This document shows positions 22,087 through 33,070 of a stretch of 64,000 bases of DNA, in pieces. The DNA is taken from the NCBI GenBank assembly GCA_048013815.1, contig CM106585.1, positions 15,686,001 through 15,750,000 of the forward strand, written 5' to 3'. The notes beneath the pieces are model-generated. The model saw nothing but the letters and a program-made list of their open reading frames with translations. It was not told the origin of the DNA and made no database searches. The stretch comes from Setoptus koraiensis (Eukaryota; Animalia; Arthropoda). Numbering within the stretch: position 1 is the first letter of the stretch; every line of letters starts with the position of its first letter. A program made the position numbers and the translations under genes.

Positions 22087-24152
22087 ATAAGATTATATTG
22101 TTATTGATTATTATTGAGCGCCAAAAAAGAGTAGCGCACACAGACGAGAGGCAGCGGACTTGCGAGAAGCGATCAACCGGGCCCCATTGATCGGCCGACT
22201 CAAAGCGCGGCCCGAGCAGCCCGAGCGGCCCGAGCGCCCTAAGCCCCTCCAAGGTGACGATTACATGTCTCGTCGTATCGACACTCTTTCGTTTTGTAAT
22301 CAGGTTTTTGTTCGAGACAGATCAAAACACACACAAACATATCAATTTATAATCCTGCCCCCGAGAATTATAAATTGATGTTGTTGTTGTGTGTCGCCAC
22401 AATGGGCCGCCCTTCTCATGATTGTTGCACATTTCATTTATTTCGTTTGGCGTTTGCCGGTGCTATTGCTGGTGCTGGTGCTGGTGTTGATGCAGCTTAT
22501 TGCAAGTCGCAACAACAAAAGGTGAGCAAATGGAGTAAATTATCATGAGATGATCTGTCTGTCCCTCTCGGCTTGTCCGCTGTCACTCACACAATCAAAT
22601 CAATTTCGCGAATTTCGCCAACCAACAAAAAAGGACGATCCTATCCTATTTTGCTCGTCGGAAAAAATCACACCACGAACCGACATTAGCATATTGTTGC
22701 TTCCACACACGTGTTGCGCGAAATGCAAGCCACCAATATGGTCCATGGTCCGGCCGACTGTACTGCTCGACCATAGCGCACGAGCAAATTTTCGAAGCGA
22801 GATTCTGAATAAATATTTCGTGTAGTGATTAGAGGCGAGATTGGTGGAATTGGCGCGTCGCAAACTAAGCTTAATCTTGGTCGCATAGCGTCGACACCGA
22901 CATACACAAAGGCCCCACGCCAATCATTCGATTAGCTAAGCCGCCGGCCAACGTCGGGCGCCCCAGGTCTCGATAGGTGGTCGAAATGGGCCAGCCTTCC
23001 ACCAAAAACAAAGCTCGCTCGTTTTTGTCACGTTCGTTCACATGTATGCATATGTCCATGTGCGGCCCAAGTGTGGGTATTGTCGGTGTTGCATTAAGTA
23101 GACTAGTTCTGGTTGGGCCTCACCGCTAATCCAGGAATGCCGAGAATGTCATGTCGACAGCGCGTTCGCATCATATCGCCTAGCGGGCGATAGAGGCCAG
23201 CAAACTGGTCAGAGTGACCATAGGCGGCAATTAATTACAGTTAATTAATCGTTGGCTCCGATGGATTTCGATGAGCTCGTTCACGTCAATTGTTGGTATA
23301 GGTCGAGTCCGGTGAGGCCTCAATACTATTGACTCAATCGTATTGAGTCGACAGACCATTGGAGGACCGCTGGTATGCTCGACAGGCCGGCAAATTTTGG
23401 CCGGCTTTCGCGCCAAAATATTTCGGCTTGGAATCTGCAGACTGGAGTGTGGCAGTTGCAGTTTAGCGCCGACAACAATTGCTTTCAATTGTTCTGCACT
23501 AACTGCAACTGCAGATTTGCCAACACTCGAGCAGGTTGTAGTAGTCGGCGGCGCAGTACACGTCGGCGAGCGGGCATCCAGGGCGCCGCACACGCTTGCT
23601 TGTGTGTTGAGCACGCCAGCAGTAACGACGATGAACGTGCAGCAGTTAGTGCGTCTGTGCGTCGGCTGCGCAATTGGCAGGATATGTAGCCTTAGCGGCG
23701 CTGCTGCTAACAAGCAACATGCCTTCCTCAAACGGATCGCGCTATGTCTACTATAGCATTGCGTTTGTGCGTACACGGTGCACCAAAATAAATTGGCCGC
23801 TTGTCGCGTGCAGTGACAGGACCAATTGCCCACAGCAACACAGTGGCCACCCAATACTTTTTGTCGCAATTCATAGGGTGTTAACTCGCACACATGCCGA
23901 CATCATCATTATCGCCATTGTCTATTTAGATAACAATCGTTACGAATATTTGTATTTATACGCCGACAATTACACCTATCACACTTACATATACACTCAT
24001 AATTATTATCACACTACCACAATCACCCAATCCCAAAATACTACCAAAACTTGATTGCTACCAGAGAGTATTACCAAGGCACAGGTATTAGCAAGCTAGA
24101 TCTATATATACAGAGGAGCGACCAAGTTTATTGTTGGACAAACAAAGCAACC

Positions 24153-25805
24153 ATGAATCCGATTGACATTGCTTGTGATTATGAATCGTTGAATGTGATT
24201 GTAAGAGATTTAGATGTTAAAATAGCCAATTTGGAGAAAAAAATCCAACCAAAACAACCAAACAATAAATCGTCGGCCCATGATCTCAAGAATTCCGGCA
24301 CCACCAGACACAACCATCATACTAATAATAACAATAATAACAATAATAACACTAATAACAATAACAACAATAATGGACACAACAGCAATTCCCGATTCAG
24401 CTCTCAATCCAATTTGGACAACCATGATGCCAATGATGCAACTAGCAGTGATGATAGCGCCGACGATGAACCAGTAGCAATAGTGCAACTACCCAAAAAG
24501 AACGATCCCAACTTTCAGCATCTTGATTCACTTAAGAAGATAAGAGCCAATATTGTGGCCTCGTTAGACACTCTAGATAAGCAAAAGAAGAGCGCACTCA
24601 AAATTACTCAGGTTGACACTATGAAGCGAAACGTAGACGATATCAACAAACTAAAGTGGCTGCTCACTGTTCAGGACACGCTTAAACATTTAAATGAGGA
24701 CGCTAAAAAGGAGCTGCTTACATGTCCTGAGCCTGCCGACTCCAACGCCGAGCCCGATGATAACCGAGACTCGGAAGCAGAGCCGGCACCGCCCAAGGAG
24801 CCACTTTTGACAGCTAAACAACTTGAGTTAATTGAAAAATCTATTCCCTTCATCTGTCCGTCGAGAATTGACTATGATGCAAAGTTTAGTGTTCAATTGG
24901 ACACATCAAGCAAATTCATTCAGCACTTGTCTGATGCAAAACGAAAAGAGGCCTTACCTGGTATTAATTTCAGAAACCTGAAGGAATTACTTAAGAAACT
25001 CTCCGATGCACCTTATTTTTCTGATCGTCAAAGACACCAAAAAACAAGAAACAACAGTCCAGAGCAAGGAAATAACACCAATGTCACAGTAGAAACGGCA
25101 GAAGCAAAGCAGGAAACACCACCACCACCGGCAACTAATGAAAAACCAGCTGATAAACCAGCCGAGCAAATACAAAACGAAGAAAGCAAACCTTGTGATG
25201 AACCAGTACCAAAAGATAGTAGTGACCATAGTGAAAAGGTCAACAGCAACTCGAATCAAGCTTTTGATATTAAAAAAATGCCAGAGATCCTCTCTGTTGA
25301 CGGGGACTCTCAATCTCCTAAGCCCGATCAAGCCAACGACAACATGCAAGGTGATCAAGCAAAGAATACCACTCGAGCTAGTCATGGGTACCCTCCAAGA
25401 AAGGTCTATGATAACTCCAGAGGTAGATCATCCAGGGGCGGTGGCTCTAGGTATAATGATCGTCGCAGAAACTATCACCAATATGAAAGAAAAGAATTCA
25501 CTCAAAGAGGCTCTGATGGCGCAGAAAGACTCGAGTATGGCAATCAAAATGCAAGACATCATCAATCCTCTCAACGATACAAACATTCTCAAAACAAAAA
25601 CATGGCTCATGCCGAGCACAACGGCACAGTTCCTACTGGCAATGGCAGCAACGGTACGACCATGGTTTATCCAAATATGCAGAACGATATCCATGATCCA
25701 GCCGTTATAGCTGCGTCCTTGTCCCATCCAAATGGTGGTGGCATCAGTTCTCCAATCAATGTTCATGCCATGCAAAATACTGCACATACAATCATGTATC
25801 ACTAA
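24153..25805 (+). CDS. Capr: Caprin homolog (cytoplasmic activation/proliferation-associated RNA-granule protein), intronless
   Basis: HR1-like segments align by eye with caprin-1: VKIANLEKK (cf. KKLRNLEKK), LLTVQDTLKHLNEDAKKELL, LLTAKQLELIEKSIPFICPSR and QLDTSSKFIQHLSDAKRKEALPGINFRNLKELLKKLSDAPYF. C-terminal disordered region with RGRSSRGGGSRY. First ATG at 24153. Confidence 0.8.
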   Translation: MNPIDIACDYESLNVIVRDLDVKIANLEKKIQPKQPNNKSSAHDLKNSGTTRHNHHTNNNNNNNNNTNNNNNNNGHNSNSRFSSQSNLDNHDANDATSSDDSADDEPVAIVQLPKKNDPNFQHLDSLKKIRANIVASLDTLDKQKKSALKITQVDTMKRNVDDINKLKWLLTVQDTLKHLNEDAKKELLTCPEPADSNAEPDDNRDSEAEPAPPKEPLLTAKQLELIEKSIPFICPSRIDYDAKFSVQLDTSSKFIQHLSDAKRKEALPGINFRNLKELLKKLSDAPYFSDRQRHQKTRNNSPEQGNNTNVTVETAEAKQETPPPPATNEKPADKPAEQIQNEESKPCDEPVPKDSSDHSEKVNSNSNQAFDIKKMPEILSVDGDSQSPKPDQANDNMQGDQAKNTTRASHGYPPRKVYDNSRGRSSRGGGSRYNDRRRNYHQYERKEFTQRGSDGAERLEYGNQNARHHQSSQRYKHSQNKNMAHAEHNGTVPTGNGSNGTTMVYPNMQNDIHDPAVIAASLSHPNGGGISSPINVHAMQNTAHTIMYH

Positions 25806-26448
25806 TTGAATCCACCTGATTATCATTCAGGTAGACCAGTGTGTGACATGTGGTCAAAAATCACACCTATATCTATAGTTTAGTATCCACAACTTCAACA
25901 TGAGGATGGCCATTCCAGTGACAACAGATACAGCAAAAAAAGACAACACAAAGGATATACAAAAACTAGCAAGATGTGACTACGACACATTACAATTTAA
26001 CCAAACTACACCTGGCCTTTCTAGCCATCCGGCTATTCCATTATTTGAGGCTTGTTTGCAAGTCCTGCAATCATAGTCTCATCATCAGTTATAAAAGCTT
26101 TTTCACCTAGTGAACAGATTGAAATTATTCCAAATTGAGCTCCCTGAAGTTGCTTTTTCCTACAGATTTTTATCATTTGTCCTAACGGGTCTGAGCAGTA
26201 GAATTTCCCTTTGTTGACACGTATCAGTGTCAGTGATCAACAGTTCCGGTTTCTTTTGTTGCTTGACCGCTCTTGTTTTTTACTTTGTATCATCATTATT
26301 CTATATCTCATAATATCCAGATTGGCGATTGTCGGGATTCGAAATAGCTTTTCATTCGAATCAAGTTAGTTGATTAGATACAATGTATCGAATGACGCGA
26401 AGTGACTGACGATGAGAATCTTTTTTTTTCAACAAAACAATGAGAATT

Positions 26449-26967
26449 TTATTCTTCTACTTTCACTTTAACATCAATATGCCCTGGATCACTATCAGAG
26501 TAATCGGGCTTGGGCTCTCGTTTGACATTCTGCTCCTCCTCCTTAATATCATTCTCAGTTGCTTGCGAAGCGGCTGTTTCATCAGATTTATTTTCCGCTT
26601 CGAATCTTCTTCTAATATGCTCCAGATTACTTTGGATGGAGTTATGGTTCATAAGTTGCCTGATTATGGAGACAGATCCATCGTTTATCAAGGGTGTATT
26701 GAATCCAGATGGATCCTGAAGAATTGAGATGATGTTATTTTTAACTTCATCACAATGTCTTTCTATATGGTCATCCAAGAAGTCTTTTGGGATTATATGA
26801 TATTCACTATAAGGGCATCTCACCAAGCTCATTTCCTCCAAATTGTTCTCATGTTTCTTGATACATTGAGTGAGGTGTATGAAGAAATGTCTTCTAGCGA
26901 TGGACACTTTACAAATCGGGCAGTATTTTGTGCTATCACGTAGGTCTTTTCTTATCAATAGTGCCAT
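26449..26967 (-). CDS. GTSF1/Asterix-like (U11-48K CHHC) zinc-finger protein, copy A, 172 aa; probable retrocopy
   Basis: CPYSEYHIIPKDFLDDHIERHC is a CHHC-type finger, preceded by CPICKVSIARRHFFIHLTQC and followed by an acidic tail. About 83% identical by manual alignment to 42831-43367. Confidence 0.68.
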   Translation of the reverse strand: MALLIRKDLRDSTKYCPICKVSIARRHFFIHLTQCIKKHENNLEEMSLVRCPYSEYHIIPKDFLDDHIERHCDEVKNNIISILQDPSGFNTPLINDGSVSIIRQLMNHNSIQSNLEHIRRRFEAENKSDETAASQATENDIKEEEQNVKREPKPDYSDSDPGHIDVKVKVEE

Positions 26968-27411
26968 TTTGATAATAAGTAGACTGGGCAACTTGTTGTC
27001 AGTTTATTCGAACGAAATTTCGATAAAAAATTAAACCGGAAAAGAACGGATAAAGAAAAAAGAGCGAAATCAACACAACAGAGCAAAGGAAACGATTGCA
27101 TCAGGTCGAGATTTCAGGGAAATCGTGCAATCGCAAGTTGGCCCATCCGATTACTTATTTCGCAAGCTAATATGAGTAATTTTATGTATTTAGTCATTGG
27201 ATGAAGCATTGGGATTGCAAGTCGGATACATTCAATCACTGTTCAATTATGAGGCACAAACGATTTCGTCACTTATTTTTTTGAAAATTTTTTCGTTTGA
27301 ATTAGGCGCTTCGAAAGGCGGCCAAATGTCCATCGGAGTCCGCAAATGAATTCACGAACGCGTGTTGTCCATTCTTATTCTGACTATTTATTTTGAACCT
27401 CAATCTGCGAA
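26968..27411. promoter_or_regulatory. Probable bidirectional promoter between GTSF1-like copy A and IntS4
   Basis: 444-nt interval between two divergently oriented start codons (26967 minus, 27412 plus). Inferred from geometry only. Confidence 0.5.
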
Positions 27412-30120
27412 ATGGCTACCATGAAAGTGGAACTTTTAAAGACTACAGATAAGGTAATCAGAGAATTAAGTGGAAGCAACGAATTAGATGTCATACGAGA
27501 ATGCCTGAGAACACTGGCAGAGCTTGCACCAGTAAATGTTGTTGTAATAGGATCATCGAAGGACACCGCTCAATCGTCCAAGTTTAACCAGAACGACAGC
27601 AACATACATGCAAGCTGTTTGAGCATAATAAAGCTCATCAGAAATTTCAGTCATCATCACGACCCCAGGATTAGGACGTCCGCATTGTTGTCATTTTTGA
27701 GGCTCAATGACAGAGGAGTTAATCTGGATATTAGTTTGTACAGTGAATTTTGTGAAGCACTAAATGATGATTACGAGAGGTGTCGGTTGATGGCATGTAG
27801 ACTATTGGTGGCCATTAGCAAACTCTACAAGGATTGTTTGGTGTTCGTTAGCCAAACTGATGAGCAAGTCCGGCTTGAGGATGACGCCTTCTCCAAGATC
27901 TGCACTATGATGACAGATCCGTCCGTAGAAGTCAGAACTGAGGCCGCCAGGCTTTTGGCAGAAATGAAAACAGTGAGCCCAACTTTCTTGCATCAAACCC
28001 TCGACAAGAAGTTGATGTCGAATTTGAGAAAAAAGAAATCTGCCCACGAGAGAGGCCGCGAAGCTGCTGAAGCGGGAGAATGGTCAACAGGTCAAAAATG
28101 GGCCGATGATGCGCCAAAAGAGTTCATCTGCCCCGATACGGTAAATCTAGTTAATATTGGTTCTTGTGGAGCATTTGTACACGGCCTTGAGGACGAATTG
28201 TCTGACGTGCGAATGGCCTCATTGGAGTCGCTTTGTCAGCTCGCTCAAAATCATGCCTCGTTTGCCGAACAATCCATGGATTTTATTGTGGACATGTTCA
28301 ATGACGAAATAGAAGAGATAAGACTCAAAGCAATACAATGTTTAACTTTGATCAATCGGCACAATATATCTCTACGGCACGACCAAGTTGAGATAATACT
28401 GTCCGTTCTAGAAGACTTTTCCATGGACATAAGAGAGGCACTGCATGATATGCTGGCCAGTAGCCGACTCTCATCTGCCCAAGCTCTTCAGTCATGTATA
28501 GACAGTCTCTCATCTAGCCTTAAAAAGTATCCCCAGGATAGAATATCAGTCTTCAGATGTTTCCAGAACCTTGGTTTAAACAATGCATTATATGTACAAT
28601 CTATCGTCAATGAATTACTCGCCGTACATCCCTACCTAAATCTACCAGAGCAATCACTAGATGATCAAAATTATATTGCCTCACTTATATTAGTTTTTAA
28701 TGCCGCCTCAAAATGTTCCGCAATCTTGGATCTACTGGAATCTCATACATTGCAGCACTACACTTACTTATGTGACACCCAACCAAATTTCGTACCAAAT
28801 TTATTGACATCACAAAAACTGAGTGGCGGTAGCGGATTTGTCAGGACTGTCATGTGCCGTTCAGAATCGCAATCGGATACCTCATTTGAATTTTTTATTA
28901 GTTTGTTCGGCAGACTCAGGAAGGCACTTAAATCTGAAGCAATCAAAGGTTTGAATAGCGAAAATCTCTCCGATCTTGATCCCAATATTATCAGATACGA
29001 AGATGAAAAGATGATTGTTCGACACCTGACTCATCATGAGGCACTAGTTCAAGACTCACTCATGGATATGACCTCGCAAGATCTCGATAGATTCGGCCAG
29101 ATAGAACCAGATTTTAGAGCTGCAACTAAATTTTTTAAAGATTTTATTCAATGTTTATTGATCTTAAGAAAGTTACTAAGTCAGGTCGATTGGATCAACA
29201 CTTTCCTTCCATCGCGCTCCCAATCATCCATATTCACATCAAGTTTACAAAATTTGTTAAATTTAACTTTTTCGTTGGTACACAAATTCCATAAGTTGAG
29301 CAGTATCCAAAAGTGTTGTATTCAGCAGATCAGAATCAAAGCATTAGCGATACAGCTGATTGCAATCATAAATAGTAGCAACGCTTCTGCACTAGACCTA
29401 TGTGAGAGTTTTCTCGAAGAAATCGAAACTTTAAAGGCCTACCTAAGTCAGGAACCAAATTTGGAACATGAAGCTCTGGACAGTTTGACTCATGCCATTT
29501 TGGAAGAACTCAGTACATTAGAGCAACCGAAACCCGGAACAGTTGCTCGAGCTTTGCAACCACTCCTCCTCACCGGTCCACTAGTTTTGGAACAAGTAAA
29601 CGAATCATTACTTGTATTGACAGATTTAAAGAATATTGGCAATTTGAGATCCCTCGTGACCTCGTCTGCCACCATACACGAGCCTGTTGAACGTAACGAT
29701 TCTGCATACAAGTTCACCGCTGGGCTTGTCTTGGCACTACCATTAGATGCAATAATAGAGAATATAGTGGATAAAGGAGATGTTCGTATAAAAGTGGTTT
29801 ATCCAAACAGACAAGCTCAGATAGTTGTGCCCGTCTCGACACATTTTCGTTTATTGTCCCAAAATGAACATTGTTGTACTAGCACATACAGACTGTATTC
29901 ATCTGTGAACATTTGCCACACAAACTGGACAGAGGCAAGCCAGATCGAGTTGAGCTTGATTCTGGACTATAGAGATAACCAATCGAGTGCAATAGATCTG
30001 GCTCTTCACGCCATCAACAAAACTTCTGGTGCATATAAATGTTGCTCGGAGGAAAGTCAAACTATAGAGCTATCCCAACCTATAAGACTGAAAGTCAAGC
30101 CACAAAACATTCGTTGGTGA
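27412..30120 (+). CDS. IntS4: Integrator complex subunit 4, intronless, 902 aa
   Basis: HEAT-repeat protein with IntS4 motifs DPRIRTSAL, ALNDDYERCRL, RLEDDAFSKIC, HQTLDKKLMSNLRKKKSAHER, GEWSTGQKWADDAP, GSCGAFVHGLEDE and FTAGLVLALPLDA. Confidence 0.95.
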   Translation: MATMKVELLKTTDKVIRELSGSNELDVIRECLRTLAELAPVNVVVIGSSKDTAQSSKFNQNDSNIHASCLSIIKLIRNFSHHHDPRIRTSALLSFLRLNDRGVNLDISLYSEFCEALNDDYERCRLMACRLLVAISKLYKDCLVFVSQTDEQVRLEDDAFSKICTMMTDPSVEVRTEAARLLAEMKTVSPTFLHQTLDKKLMSNLRKKKSAHERGREAAEAGEWSTGQKWADDAPKEFICPDTVNLVNIGSCGAFVHGLEDELSDVRMASLESLCQLAQNHASFAEQSMDFIVDMFNDEIEEIRLKAIQCLTLINRHNISLRHDQVEIILSVLEDFSMDIREALHDMLASSRLSSAQALQSCIDSLSSSLKKYPQDRISVFRCFQNLGLNNALYVQSIVNELLAVHPYLNLPEQSLDDQNYIASLILVFNAASKCSAILDLLESHTLQHYTYLCDTQPNFVPNLLTSQKLSGGSGFVRTVMCRSESQSDTSFEFFISLFGRLRKALKSEAIKGLNSENLSDLDPNIIRYEDEKMIVRHLTHHEALVQDSLMDMTSQDLDRFGQIEPDFRAATKFFKDFIQCLLILRKLLSQVDWINTFLPSRSQSSIFTSSLQNLLNLTFSLVHKFHKLSSIQKCCIQQIRIKALAIQLIAIINSSNASALDLCESFLEEIETLKAYLSQEPNLEHEALDSLTHAILEELSTLEQPKPGTVARALQPLLLTGPLVLEQVNESLLVLTDLKNIGNLRSLVTSSATIHEPVERNDSAYKFTAGLVLALPLDAIIENIVDKGDVRIKVVYPNRQAQIVVPVSTHFRLLSQNEHCCTSTYRLYSSVNICHTNWTEASQIELSLILDYRDNQSSAIDLALHAINKTSGAYKCCSEESQTIELSQPIRLKVKPQNIRW

Positions 30121-31505
30121 TATCACAGCCACGTCAACAGCTCACAGCCACGTCAACCAATGAGTCGGCGGTTAATTAATTAAGTTAACAGCACTACTCT
30201 GGCGTTCACCTATATAATAAGGGACAGAGCGGTTAAACTTTGCCAAGCTGCTTAGCAAAAAAATGGTTCGCTTGATAGACCAGGTGGACGCAAAGTATGA
30301 ATTTTTCGCTCGAAAGTTTAATTCTGATATAAACTCAACTTCTAATGTACTGTCTAATAAAGTGATCTATTGGATTCTAAACTTGAATACGATCTTAACA
30401 ACAACAATAATGCAACAGACGATAGTTTGAAATTGATATCCCCCAGCAATCTCAGCTCGTGATTACACTCAAAGGTGAGGCTCGCAATTAATAGAAATGC
30501 TCAAAATTAGGACGTCTGGAGATGATTGAAGCAATATTGGAGGCTCAATTAGTGTGGTGCACACGCGAATGGGCTTACAATAAGCAGACCTGAATTACGA
30601 CAAATTGCGTCCCAATGAAAGCGGCTTATATTTTAAAATCTGTATCACTGATTTCAGTTTTATTGACCGTCTAGATAGACTTCAACTTAATGAGCATGCT
30701 CAGAAGAAAAATGGTTACGTCAATCGATTTCAAGTCTTGTAGGTGTATCAGCATTTATTTAAAAGTTACATCAGTGTTGACTCACAAGAATCTCCTACAA
30801 GCAGTCAAAGGTGCCAATGAATCCGGCCGATCAAACAGGGTATAAATAGAGCTGCTTGGGAGAAATTCAGAATGTCGAACGTTCAACAGTTGAACAGCGA
30901 GCAACAAGTGCCGTGGGAACAAATAAAATTGGTGCCAATTAATGCACAATTTGGATTAATTTTAACTCCGACACGAGTTTGCATTAGGATAGGACAAGAG
31001 AACGGAGAAGAGCACACCATAAAAACGTGATAAAAATGAACTGGCCTTCAAGTTTATCATCAACAGTCTTTCTCCGGGTTCTCATAATATCATCTTATAT
31101 CCAATGATGCTGTTTTTCGCTTGATATGATAACGACAGCATATCAAGTGCGATGATGACCCTCCTCAATTGACGTCCCCTCAGCAGCGACGATTTCCCCC
31201 CGAGTAATCTCGACCACTCCGCTCAATAATAGATGCTGCGGCCATCAAGCTCCTACGAATGAAACGCCGGATCTAGAAAGAATATACAATTTTTCCGTCC
31301 CATTTAGAAAAATTAGCAATCTCGGCATCTCATTGAAACAAAACATCTCATTATGGAACCAGCCGGAATCATATTCTGATGAAACCTGCATAATCCGCCC
31401 AAACCCAATTAATCCTGTAATCGATCCTAATTATCCTAATTAATAGGTCCAGCAATAGTTAAAATTGTCCTATGACCTGTCTTCGGCACCAGGAAATTCA
31501 ATTGG

Positions 31506-31601
31506 GTTGGGACGGTCCTGGCCCTATTCCATCAGAGGGTTCCCAAGCTAAAAGTTGGGACGGTCCTGGCCCTATTCCATCAGTGGGTTCCAAAGCTAAA
31601 A
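31506..31601. repeat. 48-bp direct tandem duplication
   Basis: GTTGGGACGGTCCTGGCCCTATTCCATCAG(A/T)GGGTTCC(C/A)AAGCTAAAA twice, with 2 mismatches. Confidence 0.9.
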
Positions 31602-32433
31602 TGCAGTGATAAAATTATTATTATTAATATTTTAAATCAAATATCTAATTGTTTAATAAATTGTTATCACTGAGTGAGTTGATTAAAAATAGAGCAACGA
31701 TGCTGATGAGTAGTCATAAATGACAGTCTTAAATTAGAACATTTTTTATTTTTATTACCTAATTATATTTTGTTGTCATTGTTGTAACACTAATACATCT
31801 ACAAATTGACATTCTGTTTTAAGATTTTGCTAACTTTCATCTGTGATTGTATATAATTGCCAGCTGAATAATTGACCATACTCATGCCACTTTTAATTAA
31901 CGCTAATACATCAAATGTATAGAACTAGTTGTTGAGTTGTTGTTTTTAAATTGTTGTTTGTAATGTCACCAAATCAACACAATACTATAAACAGTATTAC
32001 TATAAATCTTTTTCCTTTTTGCATATAGACGATCAGCTTGAGCAAAGCCGTCGCCATCTGGCCGGCGAGGCACCGAGACGACGACTATCAGCGACTACAC
32101 TTTAGTTGTTGGGCTTTTATACTCGCCATGCCATGTTACCGACAGATAAGCGATTAGTATTTGGTTGTTACATAATAGCGACAGCAACAAACTAGTGATG
32201 TGTTGTCGTTGTTGATAAGGTGATCTTATGTATAATGTGAAATATTAGGAATTGTATGACGATGCCATGGTATGATTGGTAGCCCACCGTTCTGATTCAT
32301 TGCCTTCTGAAATTGCTTCTGAATGATGATCTGAATACACTTAACTAGTTGCTGCCTTGCTGTAACTGGCTTACTTTAAACAAGTAAAGTAATAATAATT
32401 GGTGGTGGTGTGTAAGTGTGTTTCTGGGTGTGA

Positions 32434-32438
<5 letters not shown>

Positions 32439-32517
<79 letters not shown>
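32439..32517. repeat. (TG)n microsatellite
   Basis: About 78 bp of uninterrupted TG. Confidence 0.95.
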
Positions 32518-32521
<4 letters not shown>

Positions 32522-33070
32522 AGTTCAAATCTCTCTTTCTCTAATTAGTTCTAATTAGTGTTGTTTGTCACTATTACATAGGCTCAAAAATTACATATAA
32601 ATATGATTTATTTTCACATGCTAAAACGACTAGTATTACTATTACTGTTGTTGCGGGTAATGAAAGGTGGTAACCAGGTGACAATAGAGTCTCTGTCTCG
32701 CTGTCTCTTTGTAGGTTCACAACGGTCAGCCTGTAAACATACATAAATGTCTTTATATGTATAAATATAAATCCGATAGATCGAGTAGACGGCTAAAGTT
32801 TGTAACGGGGCCGATTTGAGTTTGTTTGTAACCTTTCGTTGTTTGCTCGAATGAGGATAGACAGAGACAGGGTGTGTTGTTGGTGTTGATATTGGTGTAA
32901 CTTGTTACTACAATATTATTGATGTCTGTATTGACAGATTATTGCCACTGGTGTTGTTGTTGTTGTTGTTGTTGTTGTTGTCGTTGTAGTTGGTTGCGTC
33001 GTGTAAAATGAATCATTCAAGTTGGGCCCAAGTAGACAACATCTATTCTATGTGGAAATCATCATCATAA

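Noticed and set aside
23760-23893. GGHCVAVGNWSCHC resembling a defensin C-terminus, and RTRCTK resembling cystatin on the other strand
   Set aside because: The CxxxC helix motif and the QxVxG motif respectively are missing.
30121-30143. TATCACAGCC, identical to the 5' end of miR-2/13 family miRNAs
   Set aside because: The match ends after 10 nt, there is no complementary arm forming a precursor hairpin, and it directly follows the IntS4 stop codon.
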